Assembly (NCBI GenBank): GCA_034530875.2
Contig: JAVRCJ020000006.1
Span: 96,001 to 160,000, forward strand
DNA: 64,000 nt
Source of the DNA: Nostoc sp. DedSLP01
GTDB lineage: Bacteria; Cyanobacteriota; Cyanobacteriia; Cyanobacteriales; Nostocaceae
Direction of reading: 5' to 3'
The notes under the pieces are model-generated. The model had not been told where the DNA came from, did not search any database, and saw nothing but the letters and a program-made list of their open reading frames with translations. The position numbers and the translations under genes were made by a program. Positions within the stretch are counted from its first letter, which is position 1, and each line of letters starts with the position of its first letter. This document shows, piece after piece, positions 32,328-42,599 of this stretch.

Positions 32328-32770
32328 GGATATAAATTCCTCAACTAATTGCTAGGATCTCCTCATCATCGGAGACATTTTTTTGAGCATATACATCTTA
32401 TCGTCAAGCGCGATCGCCCGTACACTGCCAAGGGTTTTTCTGTTAGAAAACTCCTGCCCTGACAAAAGAGGACAAAAACAGGGAAAGACAAGGGTACAAG
32501 GAGAAATCAATTTTCTTTGAACGCTTGAACATTAGGGCTTAGTACGCCATCGCTCACAGTATGTAAATGCTTTTGTTTTCCGATTGATTATTGTCTGGTA
32601 GTCTAGAGAGTCAACTTTGCTAGGTTGAAATTTCTTTGCCTCAGAGTGTCTCCCAAAGTCAGAAACCCGGGAAGCCACCGAGTTGCGACTTCTCTTTGTG
32701 TCAGTTATAACACCTCTAAATTAATGCGATAGACTACCAGAGCGATCGCTCTAATTCAAACTATAGTTAT

Positions 32771-33682
32771 ATGCTATCTCAGACACTAAAATACGCTTAC
32801 TTTCCTGGCTGTGTTGCCCAAGGTGCATGTCGGGAACTTTACCAGTCAACTCAAGCCCTAACTCAAGCACTGGGTATTCAACTGATTGAACTCAAAAAAG
32901 CTGCTTGCTGTGGTTCCGGTACGTTTAAAGAAGATTCCCAACTGTTGGAAGATACAGTTAACGCCAGAAATATAGCCCTTGCAGAAGAATTAAATCTGCC
33001 GTTACTGACACATTGCAGCACTTGCCAAGGTGTTATCGGTCATGTCAACGAACACCTCAAGGAATGCCAAACTACTAACCCTGCCTACATCGAACAAGTC
33101 AATGGTTTGCTGCATAAAGAAGGCTGTTCGCCTTATCGCGGCAGTACTGACGTTAAGCACCTCCTCTATGCCTTGGTAACAGATTACGGTTTAGAGGAAA
33201 TTACCAAACGCGTAACTCGCAAGTTAAGTGGATTAAAATGCGCGGCTTTTTATGGCTGTTATCTCCTCCGCGCTCAAAAGTCTATGCCTTATGACGACCC
33301 TTACCGCCCAGAAGCAATGGAAAATATGTTTCGGGCGGTGGGTGCAACACCAATTTATTACCGAGGTCGGACGCAATGTTGTGGCTGGCCGCTTTCTAGT
33401 TATGCCACTACCCAATCTTTTAAGATGGCGGGGATGCACATTCAAGAAGCCATAGCTTCTGGTGCCGACTGTATGGTTACACCTTGTCCTCTGTGCCACT
33501 TAAATTTAGATTCTCGTCAGCCAGAGGTGGAAAAGGTAATTGGAGAAAAGCTAGGTTTACCTGTGTTGCACTTACCCCAGTTGATTGCTTTGGCTGTGGG
33601 AGTGAGTCCAAAAGAACTGGGTTTAGAACGTCATATTGTTTCGACAAAGCCAGTGTTAGAGAAATTGGGCTTTGCTTTATAG
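32771..33682 (+). CDS. HdrB-like CCG-domain protein (probable SdhE-type succinate dehydrogenase anchor)
   Basis: Two CCG domains: FPGC...CCG...CSTC and FYGC...CCG...CPLC. Confidence 0.88.
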   Translation: MLSQTLKYAYFPGCVAQGACRELYQSTQALTQALGIQLIELKKAACCGSGTFKEDSQLLEDTVNARNIALAEELNLPLLTHCSTCQGVIGHVNEHLKECQTTNPAYIEQVNGLLHKEGCSPYRGSTDVKHLLYALVTDYGLEEITKRVTRKLSGLKCAAFYGCYLLRAQKSMPYDDPYRPEAMENMFRAVGATPIYYRGRTQCCGWPLSSYATTQSFKMAGMHIQEAIASGADCMVTPCPLCHLNLDSRQPEVEKVIGEKLGLPVLHLPQLIALAVGVSPKELGLERHIVSTKPVLEKLGFAL

Positions 33683-33756
33683 AGACGCGATTAATCGCAT
33701 CTATACAATAGTCATTAGTCATTGAGAAAAGACCAAGAATTAATGACTAATGGCTT

Positions 33757-34803
33757 TTACTGGCTATTGTTGAATTTACGCTGTAATTGTTTTAAGGATT
33801 GATAAATATCTGGCAAACGATTATAAATGGCTGATGCTTTGAGATATATTTTGTGGGAGACTGCGGGAGTTCCAGAGACAATTTCTCCGGGTGCAACGTC
33901 GCTGTGAATGCCACTTTGAGCAGATCCGATCGCCCCATCTCCGATTTTCACTTGATTGGCGATTCCTGCTTGTCCAGCTAAAATTACGCGATTCCCAAGT
34001 TTGACGCCTCCAGCCATACCAGCCTGACCTGCAATTGCACAAGCAGCACCGATTTGGCAGCCATGACCGATTTGCACTAAGTTGTCAATTACTGTATCAC
34101 GCCCGATTCGTGTTTCTCCTACAGCTGGGCGGTCAACGGCGCTATTGCAGCCAATTACTACGCCATCTTCTAAGACTGTATAGCCGGATTGTTCCATTTT
34201 GAACCACCCAGTACGGGTAGGAACAAAGCCAAAGCCTTCTGCACCAATGACGGCGCCGCTATGAATTACGCAATCTGCACCGATGTGGCTGCGTTCGTGG
34301 ATGGTGCAATTGGCGTGTAAGATAGTGCGATCGCCGATTTTGACGTCTGGATAAATCGCTACATTCGGATGGATAATTGCACTATTACCAATTTCTACTC
34401 TTTGTTCAATGACAACATGAGGGCCGATATAAACATCGCTACCAATTTTGGCCGTAGGGTGAATTACAGCAGTGGGATGAATTTCTGGGACGGGGCGATA
34501 TGGTTGGTAAAAAATGGCGATCGCTTTAGCAAACAACAATCGCGGTTCGGGAGTACTCAACCAGACGATACCACGTTCTTGTGCAAGCTCCTGTGTTTTT
34601 TCATCCTGGGGCAAAATTAAGGCACTGGCATTGGTCTTAGCCACAAAAGATGTAAATTTCGTTCCCTCTACGTAGCTGAGAGTACCGACAGTAGCTTCAT
34701 CAATAGCTGCTACTCCTGTAATGTCTGGGTCATTGTTGGGATTGATGTTCGGGCTATGAGCCGTAGCTGCATCGCCTAATTGGTGTAGGATTTCGCTGAA
34801 TTT
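33757..34803 (-). CDS. lpxD: UDP-3-O-acylglucosamine N-acyltransferase
   Basis: Hexapeptide repeats, GAEGFGF, IDNLVQIGH. Confidence 0.96.
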   Translation of the reverse strand, partial: KFSEILHQLGDAATAHSPNINPNNDPDITGVAAIDEATVGTLSYVEGTKFTSFVAKTNASALILPQDEKTQELAQERGIVWLSTPEPRLLFAKAIAIFYQPYRPVPEIHPTAVIHPTAKIGSDVYIGPHVVIEQRVEIGNSAIIHPNVAIYPDVKIGDRTILHANCTIHERSHIGADCVIHSGAVIGAEGFGFVPTRTGWFKMEQSGYTVLEDGVVIGCNSAVDRPAVGETRIGRDTVIDNLVQIGHGCQIGAACAIAGQAGMAGGVKLGNRVILAGQAGIANQVKIGDGAIGSAQSGIHSDVAPGEIVSGTPAVSHKIYLKASAIYNRLPDIYQSLKQLQRKFNNSQ

Positions 34804-34916
34804 CATTACTAAAAAACGCAAATAAAGTTCTAGAGTTATTACATCAGTAACACGCTAAGATACCATTGCCTTTGGCGATCGGCAATTATGCTGATACATA
34901 TAAATGAATCTAAATT

Positions 34917-34970
34917 AATTACGAATTACGTTAGCGCAGCCGGGCCTAGCCCATTACGAATTACGAATTA
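34917..34970. repeat. (AATTACG)n heptamer run interrupted by a GC-rich insert
   Basis: aattacg x2, ttagcgcagccgggcctagccc, then attacg/aattacg/aatta. Confidence 0.7.
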
Positions 34971-35011
34971 TTTCGTTAATCTACAATCTTTGACTTGAGA
35001 TTTTTAGGAAA

Positions 35012-35722
35012 ATGTTGCGACTTTATCATTTACTACTAGGTTTTATTTTGCTGCTCTTAATCCCGGTAGGAGCAAAATTTATTTTTGCAAACAAACAGAC
35101 GAATCCCCCCGCAGTGTCAAGAGTTTCTAAAGCTGATGAGGGAAATACCTGGCAGAAAATTCTGGGAAATATTAGCGCTCCAACTAACTGGCAAGTTGCC
35201 ATTTGTAATGAAAATGTGCGCTTGTTGTGTGTTTCTTCTAAAGGAAAAGTTTTAGGTACAGTTGAGATTAACGTTTACCCATTAGAAAAGATTCCGGATT
35301 TTCAGAAGAAACTTGTGACTGCGGGTATTCCAACTGGTTCTCAAAGTGACTACCAAAGTTCTAAATACCAAACTCAGCTTTTGGCTGCACTCAAGGCTTG
35401 GGTCGAAGATAACTATGCTACTTTTGCCAAAGACCGTCAAGCTCAATATGGAAGAGATATTATTTTATCAACCTACCCGCCGCAACCAGTACCAGTAGGT
35501 AAACTTCAGGGAATGCGCTATGGCTTCGCCGCACTTAACCAACAAGGTGGAGTACAAGAGCAACATATCGGTCATGTTGCCTTTGATGGCATTAAACTTT
35601 ACGTAATTACCACTGCCTTTGATTCAGGTACGCAAACAGGTAAGTTTGACAAACTGGAGAATTTGGCTATTTTTCAACCTTATTTATACGCGATCGCCGC
35701 AGATTTGCGTTTGCCGCAGTAG
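35012..35722 (+). CDS. Exported hypothetical protein
   Basis: N-terminal hydrophobic helix; 236-aa ORF. Confidence 0.7.
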   Translation: MLRLYHLLLGFILLLLIPVGAKFIFANKQTNPPAVSRVSKADEGNTWQKILGNISAPTNWQVAICNENVRLLCVSSKGKVLGTVEINVYPLEKIPDFQKKLVTAGIPTGSQSDYQSSKYQTQLLAALKAWVEDNYATFAKDRQAQYGRDIILSTYPPQPVPVGKLQGMRYGFAALNQQGGVQEQHIGHVAFDGIKLYVITTAFDSGTQTGKFDKLENLAIFQPYLYAIAADLRLPQ

Positions 35723-35928
35723 GGATTGGGGATTGGGGACTGGTGACTGGGGACTGGTGACTAGGGATTAGGGATTGAGGATTAGGGAGTGGGGAGATGG
35801 AGAGATGGGGATTAGGAAAGGAGAAGTTGTAGTAGTCTTTGCCTCTGCTTCTTATGCCCAGCCCCAAGTCACTAGCCCCCAGTCTCTAGTCACCAGTCAC
35901 CAGTCCCCAGTCCCCAGTCCCCGATTGC
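35721..35928. repeat. Inverted STRR heptamer clusters
   Basis: gggatt(g/a)/ggtgact runs facing caccagt/ccccagt runs. Confidence 0.8.
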
Positions 35929-35929
35929 C

Positions 35930-36817
35930 CTAAATCTCAGCTACCGCCCGTTCAATTAAGCGACGTGACAAAGTTTGCGTACCTGTGTGTTCGTAATAAT
36001 TGGTCGATACATCCAAGAACGCGGCTAGATAGTCTAATTTGTCGTCGGCAACATCCATAAAACCTTGCAAGTGATGAGCAACTTTTTGTGGAGTTAAATT
36101 ATTGGCGTTGACTAGCCCACTCATCCAACCTTTAACTGAGTCAAAGCTTTCGCCGATAAAATTGAGTTTGCTGCCAGCATTGTTACCTGGAATCACATCT
36201 TTGATGTTTTGGAAAGTTGAGTTTTGCTCTAATTCCTGGGGATTTGTCTGATTGAGTCCAGATATTGCTTTGCTGATGAAGTCCGGGCCTAGAGGTATCA
36301 AACCATCAACACAAACTAACGCCACCATACGGATGAGCGATTCACCGCTATATTCTCCCAACGAGGCGACAAAATCCCCAATACTGTCTCCAGGAATGCC
36401 GTTAATTTGGCAGAAGGCTATCAACTCAGCGACTAATTTTAGTGTCAAATCGATAGTTTGGGCTTTGTCAGGTTTGGGAGTGACAGAATTTAAAAAACCT
36501 AACAAAGGAATTTTTTCGCCGACTTTGTTAGCTAAAGCTGCTGCACCAAGGGCTTTATCTGTATTATCAACGGTTTGATACAGCCACAAAGCGGTTTGAT
36601 AGCCTTGGGATTTGTCATTGAATAAATAAATGGCTCGTTCGCCAATTTGCTGAATTAAATCTTCGTCTGTTTCGAGAGTGACTGTCTTAATAGTGTTGAC
36701 GAAACCAACTGTATTTTGCCACTCCCCAGGAGCAACAAAGTCGAGCGATTTTAACAGAGAAACAGTCAAGCCGCTGGTTGGTAATTCATCAACCAACTGA
36801 AAAATCGATTTGCTCAC
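35930..36817 (-). CDS. Conserved hypothetical protein (295 aa)
   Basis: Long ORF with aaggag RBS; co-oriented with upstream lipoprotein. Confidence 0.8.
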   Translation of the reverse strand: MSKSIFQLVDELPTSGLTVSLLKSLDFVAPGEWQNTVGFVNTIKTVTLETDEDLIQQIGERAIYLFNDKSQGYQTALWLYQTVDNTDKALGAAALANKVGEKIPLLGFLNSVTPKPDKAQTIDLTLKLVAELIAFCQINGIPGDSIGDFVASLGEYSGESLIRMVALVCVDGLIPLGPDFISKAISGLNQTNPQELEQNSTFQNIKDVIPGNNAGSKLNFIGESFDSVKGWMSGLVNANNLTPQKVAHHLQGFMDVADDKLDYLAAFLDVSTNYYEHTGTQTLSRRLIERAVAEI

Positions 36818-36865
36818 AAAAGTCTCCTTATTTCAGGTTTATTATGCTGATGTTGGCAATGCGGC

Positions 36866-37375
36866 TCATTTGAGTTTGGCTATACCATTGAGGTTAAATT
36901 TTTCTATCCAATCTGCGCGATCGCTAGCTGTAAATGACTTATCGCGGGAAAGTATTTTTACTTGGTACTTGCCTACTAAAATCGCAGTTTGCGTGCTACC
37001 TATTTCTACTGCCGGATAACCACCAATTTTTTTGGTGCTTTTCGAGAACTTTGCTGCTGCTGCTGGCGTGCTGGTGGTATCGGAAACAGACAGCAAAGCT
37101 ATATCTTTACCGCCTTTTTTCAACTTGGCTTCAGCAAAACCTTTTTTCTCTTGGGTAAACACCCGCTGGTAGCCATCGCTGGCTGCTGGGAAAAATTTGT
37201 TAAATTCGCTACCTTGAGTTGCGTTTTTAGCAACAGCTTGACCGCTTTTTTGGCGACTGCTTTCTTGCTGCGCTTGGTCAAAACGTCCCGGTGTTTTGGG
37301 ACTACACGCTGCTGTCAGCAATAGTACTGAGAGTAGCAACGCAGTTAAAACTCTACGCCCACGGTATAAAATCAT
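36866..37375 (-). CDS. Hypothetical lipoprotein
   Basis: Signal peptide with lipobox-like TAAC. Confidence 0.75.
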   Translation of the reverse strand: MILYRGRRVLTALLLSVLLLTAACSPKTPGRFDQAQQESSRQKSGQAVAKNATQGSEFNKFFPAASDGYQRVFTQEKKGFAEAKLKKGGKDIALLSVSDTTSTPAAAAKFSKSTKKIGGYPAVEIGSTQTAILVGKYQVKILSRDKSFTASDRADWIEKFNLNGIAKLK

Positions 37376-37590
37376 TGTTGGATTCTCCTGATACTTGAGC
37401 TTTGAGGCAATTATCTGCGCTGCTAGTAATTTTGGCCGGAAAATTTACTTTTTGATAATGATTGCTGGATATTTACAGCAGGAGGCAAGAGGCAGGAGGC
37501 AGAAGGCAGGAGGCAGAAGGCATGGGAAGAAAGGGGGCATAAATTCTCTTTCTCCCCACACTTCCCTATTTCCCCATCTCCCTGCCTTCT

Positions 37591-38235
37591 TCACTTGCGG
37601 TAAGCGATGACTGCATAAAACGGATCTCCTCCGGGTGCGCCCAACCACTGTAAAAAGTTCGGTAATGTTGATTTCTGAACGATAACTTCTGGGGTGGTAA
37701 ATCCTGGAACTGAAGCGAAGTAACCCTTGACTAATTCGACTCGTTGTGTTTCTGAAGCATCGCGCCAAACTTGAATTGCCTTTTGAAAGAACATACGGTT
37801 GGAAAAGCTGATAATGGCGACACCACCAGGTTTGAGGATGCGGTGAATTTCAGAAAATATTGCTTCTGGATATTGTATGTATTGCACAGATACGCAATTG
37901 AGAACCGCGTCAAAATCTTCGTTTGGCAAGGGAAGCTGGGGATTTTCGTTGAGATTTTGCACAAAGTAACGATTGAAGCGGGGGTTACGTGCTAGTTCTT
38001 CGGCGTTGAGTCCGTGTCCCTCTACATGGGAAAATTCCATCTCTTCTGGCAGATGAGATACCCAGCTGCTCATCATATCAAAGATGCGGGTGTTGGGTTT
38101 GAGGCGATCGCGATATAAATCCGTTAGCTGTTGAATAAAACCTTCATCGACATGGGTGACGAAGCGCGGATAGGCATAAAATAAGCGATCGTCTGTATCA
38201 TCTAGTTTGAGGCGATCGTTCGGTCTTAGCTGCAT
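37591..38235 (-). CDS. Class I SAM-dependent methyltransferase
   Basis: FYAYPRFVTHVD, DMMSSWVSHLP, ILKPGG, SFSNRMF. Confidence 0.88.
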   Translation of the reverse strand: MQLRPNDRLKLDDTDDRLFYAYPRFVTHVDEGFIQQLTDLYRDRLKPNTRIFDMMSSWVSHLPEEMEFSHVEGHGLNAEELARNPRFNRYFVQNLNENPQLPLPNEDFDAVLNCVSVQYIQYPEAIFSEIHRILKPGGVAIISFSNRMFFQKAIQVWRDASETQRVELVKGYFASVPGFTTPEVIVQKSTLPNFLQWLGAPGGDPFYAVIAYRK

Positions 38236-38590
38236 AAATCTCTCGTGTAGATAACTTTTTTCCAAGATTGCGGCAATTTCAGGTATTTTTAAACCAGCCC
38301 TATGTAACATATTTTAATAAAACTAAGACACATACGGCAGAAGTCAGGAGTCAGGAGTCAGAATTCAGGAGTCAGGAGTAAAACAAGTTTTATTTGTGGC
38401 TTTTAGAGCTAGTTTGTGGTAAACATTCATGAGTCAGGAGCCAGAATAGTTGAAAAATTAATGATTGTATGCTTGCTTAATTCCGTACAAACATCGAGTT
38501 TAGGTATCTCAGCCTGATTAATTCTGAATTCTGAATTCTGAGTTCTGAATTCTGACTTCTTATTGCAGCATTTATTTATTACAAATATCA

Positions 38591-40252
38591 ATGTTTTATA
38601 AATCACAATTATTGCAGTATATTTGGCGTAAAATCCTGCTTTTGGCATCATTCCCTTATTTGAGTTTATTACTTTGGATACTACCTTTATTAATATTTAC
38701 TTCTGGGCATAATAGTCTGATAGCACATGATGAAGCGCTTTACGCTTCCCGCGCGCGCCTGATGTTTGATTCTGGTGATTGGATAGCACCTTGGCAAAAG
38801 GCACATCATAAAACACCAGGCCCTTATTGGTTAATTGCCAGTTCTTACAAGCTGTTTGGTATCAATGATATTAGCGCGCGTCTTCCTAGTATGGTTGCAG
38901 GAATTTTATGCTTATGGCTTGTATATGAAATCGGCAAAATTATCCTGGGTAAAAAATTAGCTTGGCTTGCTGCTGCTATTTTAAGTGTGGAATTTCTCTG
39001 GTTGCAATATTCTCGATTGAGTACGCCTGATGTACCTTTAGTTTTATTGGTACTTTTAGCTATTTTGTCTTTTATCAAAGCAGAATTAAATCCCGTATCC
39101 CGCAAATTTTGGACTTTGCTTGCTGGTTTTAGTTTAGGCTTAGGCTTTTTAGTTAGAAGCTTTATGATTTTTGTGCCAATTATAGCTTTATTACCTTATT
39201 TAATTTGGAACCATCGCCGTCATCGTCATCTTACCAACCCAATTCTATATTTAGGATTTTTTATCGGTTTAATTCCTACTTTCGTTTGGTTATGGCTTTG
39301 TTGGTTACATTATGGTAATCAGAGCTTTGAGGAATTGTACAAGTTTTTTGTATATCAAAGTACTAATGGTAATGACAATTATCAAACAAATTTCTTATTT
39401 TATGTCTGGAATATTCCCTTAAAAGCATTCCCCTGGGCTTTTTTTGGAATTTTAGGTCTATTTTTGGTTTTACGCCATCCTGTTCGCTACAATTTATTAT
39501 TCGTAGGATTTCCACTAGTCTTATTTATTGAAATTAGTATTTTTACTACTCGTTTCTCTCACTATAGTCTTTTCCTTTATCCGTTCGTGGCTTTGTTTGC
39601 ATCTGTGGGTTTAAACTGGCTAGGCAAAATTTATGAGTTAGAAATACCCCCACAATTTCCTCTTCAGAAAGGTAAAAAGAAATTATTAAATTTTTTTGCT
39701 AAAAATAATCTTCCGCGAAACCTTAGTTATGGCTTTGGTGGATTTGGTGTTTTACTTGTCATCGCCAGTTTTGCGATTTTTGGTTGGGGTAGTTCTGATA
39801 TCCGTAAGTATGCAATTATTGGTTTGGCGATGGGGTTGGGTTGGTTAATTTTACCTGTAGTCTGGATTGGTCGTTATCGCTTTGGTAAAAAGTTTCTCAC
39901 GAGTCGTTACTGGGTTGCAGGTTGGTTAATTCCCTGTTGGTTAGCTTTGGCGGCAATGGGTTGTGTAGGCTTGTTCAGTGACTATAATCCTGCTTTAAGA
40001 ATTTTTCTGCAACAAAGTACGATCGCTTCTATTTTGAAAACAAATCCGATATACTTTGTGCACATGGATGATAAAGTTCAAGTCCTTCTGGATTTCTATA
40101 TTTCTATTGATGAAAAACCAGTAAACTCTATCTCCGAAGTACCACCTTTTGCCTATGCTTGGATTTATCTTGATAAATCCCCTCAATTATCCAGACCTCA
40201 CCGCAGTCTCGGTACTGTCAAAGAGTACCAGTTTATTCAATTACTAAATTAG
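38591..40252 (+). CDS. Glycosyltransferase family 39 (ArnT-like)
   Basis: HDEALY, KTPGPYW, SARLPS; multiple TM helices. Confidence 0.85.
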   Translation: MFYKSQLLQYIWRKILLLASFPYLSLLLWILPLLIFTSGHNSLIAHDEALYASRARLMFDSGDWIAPWQKAHHKTPGPYWLIASSYKLFGINDISARLPSMVAGILCLWLVYEIGKIILGKKLAWLAAAILSVEFLWLQYSRLSTPDVPLVLLVLLAILSFIKAELNPVSRKFWTLLAGFSLGLGFLVRSFMIFVPIIALLPYLIWNHRRHRHLTNPILYLGFFIGLIPTFVWLWLCWLHYGNQSFEELYKFFVYQSTNGNDNYQTNFLFYVWNIPLKAFPWAFFGILGLFLVLRHPVRYNLLFVGFPLVLFIEISIFTTRFSHYSLFLYPFVALFASVGLNWLGKIYELEIPPQFPLQKGKKKLLNFFAKNNLPRNLSYGFGGFGVLLVIASFAIFGWGSSDIRKYAIIGLAMGLGWLILPVVWIGRYRFGKKFLTSRYWVAGWLIPCWLALAAMGCVGLFSDYNPALRIFLQQSTIASILKTNPIYFVHMDDKVQVLLDFYISIDEKPVNSISEVPPFAYAWIYLDKSPQLSRPHRSLGTVKEYQFIQLLN

Positions 40253-40334
40253 TCATCAGTCATTAGTCATTAGTGATTTTCTCCTCTACCCCTCGCTCCC
40301 AGTCCCTAAAAAACAGCTATTGCCAAAATCAACT

Positions 40335-40371
40335 AATTTAGATAGCATATAAATATTACGTATGCGAAGTA
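40335..40371. promoter_or_regulatory. Candidate MarR operator(s) upstream of marR
   Basis: TATTACGTATGCGAAGTA (40354-40371) plus an adjacent degenerate copy. Confidence 0.65.
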
Positions 40372-40380
40372 TTTTACTAA

Positions 40381-40848
40381 ATGATTACTACATCTAATCA
40401 ATCTCCAGCTTTAGAGCCGTGGCAGCAAAATCTGGCACCATACAATTTGGGCTACAGAATCAAATTACTGTCTCAACTCATTGGACGCAGGTTTACTGAC
40501 AGACTAGAACCCTTTGGCTTGACGCCATTTCACTGGTTGGTTTTGTGCTGTCTTTGGCAAGAAGATGGTTTGCCTACTTCTAGTATTGGGGACAAACTCA
40601 AACAAGTAGGCGGTACTTTAACTGGGGTATTAGACCGGATGGAAGAACGGGGTTTGGTGCGTCGAGAACGCGATACTCAAGACCGCCGCATCTGGCGAAT
40701 CTGGCTAACGGATGCAGGTAAGGAACTGCAAACGGTCTTACCTCCAATCGCCGCAAATGTCCGTGATGAAGCGATGGACGGTATTTCCCCTGCCGACCGA
40801 GAATTCTTTTCCCAACTCGTGAATCGAGCGATCGCTAACCTATCTTAA
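40381..40848 (+). CDS. MarR family transcriptional regulator
   Basis: GLT...LDRMEERGLVRRE...DRR...LTDAG. Confidence 0.93.
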   Translation: MITTSNQSPALEPWQQNLAPYNLGYRIKLLSQLIGRRFTDRLEPFGLTPFHWLVLCCLWQEDGLPTSSIGDKLKQVGGTLTGVLDRMEERGLVRRERDTQDRRIWRIWLTDAGKELQTVLPPIAANVRDEAMDGISPADREFFSQLVNRAIANLS

Positions 40849-40906
40849 GTATCGTCCCACAATCACCCAACTGGGGGAGGCAACATTAAGATTTATTTTG
40901 GCAAAA

Positions 40907-40969
40907 TATTACGTATACGAAATAAAAGCCGGAGAAAGTCTCGTAAATCAATAATACGTATTCTAAATA
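40907..40969. promoter_or_regulatory. Two candidate MarR operators upstream of the EmrA-like gene
   Basis: Near-palindrome TATTACGTATACGAAATA (40907-40924) and TAATACGTATTCTAAATA (40952-40969). Confidence 0.65.
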
Positions 40970-41010
40970 AACGTCAGTTAATTAAATCATTCTGCAAGGA
41001 GTTAAAAATT

Positions 41011-42504
41011 ATGGGTGCCAATACTTTAAACGGACGCAAAGATAACAGAACCCCAGTTTTAGAACCAGAATTGATTAAAGATTCAGAAACTTTAGAAGCT
41101 ATGACCGCACAGACAACGGAAGCGCCTGTTGTCACTCCCAATAAAGAGACAGCGCAAGCACCTGTCGTCACTCCCGAGGTAGAGAAAGAAGTTCCACCGA
41201 AGCGTAAAAAACCCATTGGTTTGATTTTGGCAGGATTAGGCGTAGGTGCGATCGCCGCAGGTGCTTTTGGCTATAACTATTGGCAATATTCCTCTACCCA
41301 CCAAGAAACAGATAACGCCACAGTTGTGGGAAACATTCACCAAGTTAGCAGCCGCATCCCCGGAACTGTAACCCAGGTGCTGGTGAACGACAATCAACTG
41401 GTGCAACCGGGACAATTGTTAGTCAAGTTAGATCCGCGGGACTACGAAAGTAAAGTCCAACAAGCGCAAGCAGCCTTAGAAAATGCTCGCGGTCAGGCGC
41501 AAGCTGCCCAAGCGAATATCGCTTTAGCTTCACAAACCACCAGCGGTAAGACAACTCAGGCGCAAGGAGATGTCAGCAACGCTGTAGCGGCAATTTCCAC
41601 CGCCCAAGCAGCGGTCCAAGAAGCGCAAGCTGGAATACCAGCGGCGCAAGCAGAAGTGAAGTTAGCCCAAGCTGGAATTCCTGCCGCCCAAGCGCAGGTA
41701 GCCCAAGCAAATGCCAACTTGGAAAAAGCCCAAGCAGATTACAACCGTTATAACGAATTGTATCAATCGGGTGCGATCGCTCGCCAGCAATTAGACACAG
41801 CTAAAGCAGCATATAATGTGGCTGTAGCGCAGAAAAATGCTGCCGTTCAGGGTGTAGAACAAGCGCAAGCGAGATTATCCTCAGCTAAAGTTGGCGTCGC
41901 CAAAGCCCAATCTCAATTAGCACAAGCCCAAGAAAGTGTAGTCAGCGCCCAAGCACAATTGGCTGCATCCAAGGGAGGATTGCAACAAGCGACAGCAGGC
42001 GGCCAAGATACAGCAGTCAAACGCAACCAATACGAAGCAGCCAAAGCAGCGATCGCGCAATCAGAAGCATCTCTGAAAGACGCTCAATTGCAACTATCTT
42101 ACGTTAATATTACGGCTCCTAGTGCCGGACGCGTGGGTAGAAAGAACGTCGAAGTTGGTAACCGAGTTGCAGCGGGAACGCCGTTAATGGCGATCGTCGA
42201 TAATCAAAATTGGGTAGTTGCAAACTTCAAAGAAACCCAATTAGAAAACATGCGGCCGGGAGAACCGGTAGAAATCAAACTGGATAGTTTCCCTCATCAC
42301 ACCTTTACTGGTCATGTTGATAGTATTTCGCCAGCTTCCGGCGCTCAGTTTGCCTTATTGCCACCAGATAACGCTACAGGTAACTTTACCAAAATTGTAC
42401 AGCGCATCCCAGTCAAAATAGTTTTTGACCAAAAGAGTATTCAAGGATACGAATCGCGGATTACACCAGGTATGTCTGCGGAAGTTGCAGTGGAAGTTAA
42501 GTAA
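41011..42504 (+). CDS. HlyD/EmrA family membrane fusion protein
   Basis: TM anchor, TDNA, long A/Q coiled coil, ANFKET, LLPPDNATGNFTKIVQRIPV. Confidence 0.93.
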   Translation: MGANTLNGRKDNRTPVLEPELIKDSETLEAMTAQTTEAPVVTPNKETAQAPVVTPEVEKEVPPKRKKPIGLILAGLGVGAIAAGAFGYNYWQYSSTHQETDNATVVGNIHQVSSRIPGTVTQVLVNDNQLVQPGQLLVKLDPRDYESKVQQAQAALENARGQAQAAQANIALASQTTSGKTTQAQGDVSNAVAAISTAQAAVQEAQAGIPAAQAEVKLAQAGIPAAQAQVAQANANLEKAQADYNRYNELYQSGAIARQQLDTAKAAYNVAVAQKNAAVQGVEQAQARLSSAKVGVAKAQSQLAQAQESVVSAQAQLAASKGGLQQATAGGQDTAVKRNQYEAAKAAIAQSEASLKDAQLQLSYVNITAPSAGRVGRKNVEVGNRVAAGTPLMAIVDNQNWVVANFKETQLENMRPGEPVEIKLDSFPHHTFTGHVDSISPASGAQFALLPPDNATGNFTKIVQRIPVKIVFDQKSIQGYESRITPGMSAEVAVEVK

Positions 42505-42599
42505 TACCAAAGTGCTTTCTGCCTCTGACTTGAGAGAGGCGTCTCTAGATGAGGCGAGATGATATTTATGAAAGCAGATTGGTATAAAACAAACTTGAT

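Noticed and set aside
32771..33682. Methanogen-type heterodisulfide reductase as a novelty
   Set aside because: Stand-alone HdrB-like CCG proteins are ordinary in cyanobacteria; no hdrA or hdrC nearby
41461..42090. A/Q-rich repeats in the EmrA-like protein
   Set aside because: Normal extended coiled-coil hairpin of cyanobacterial HlyD-family adaptors
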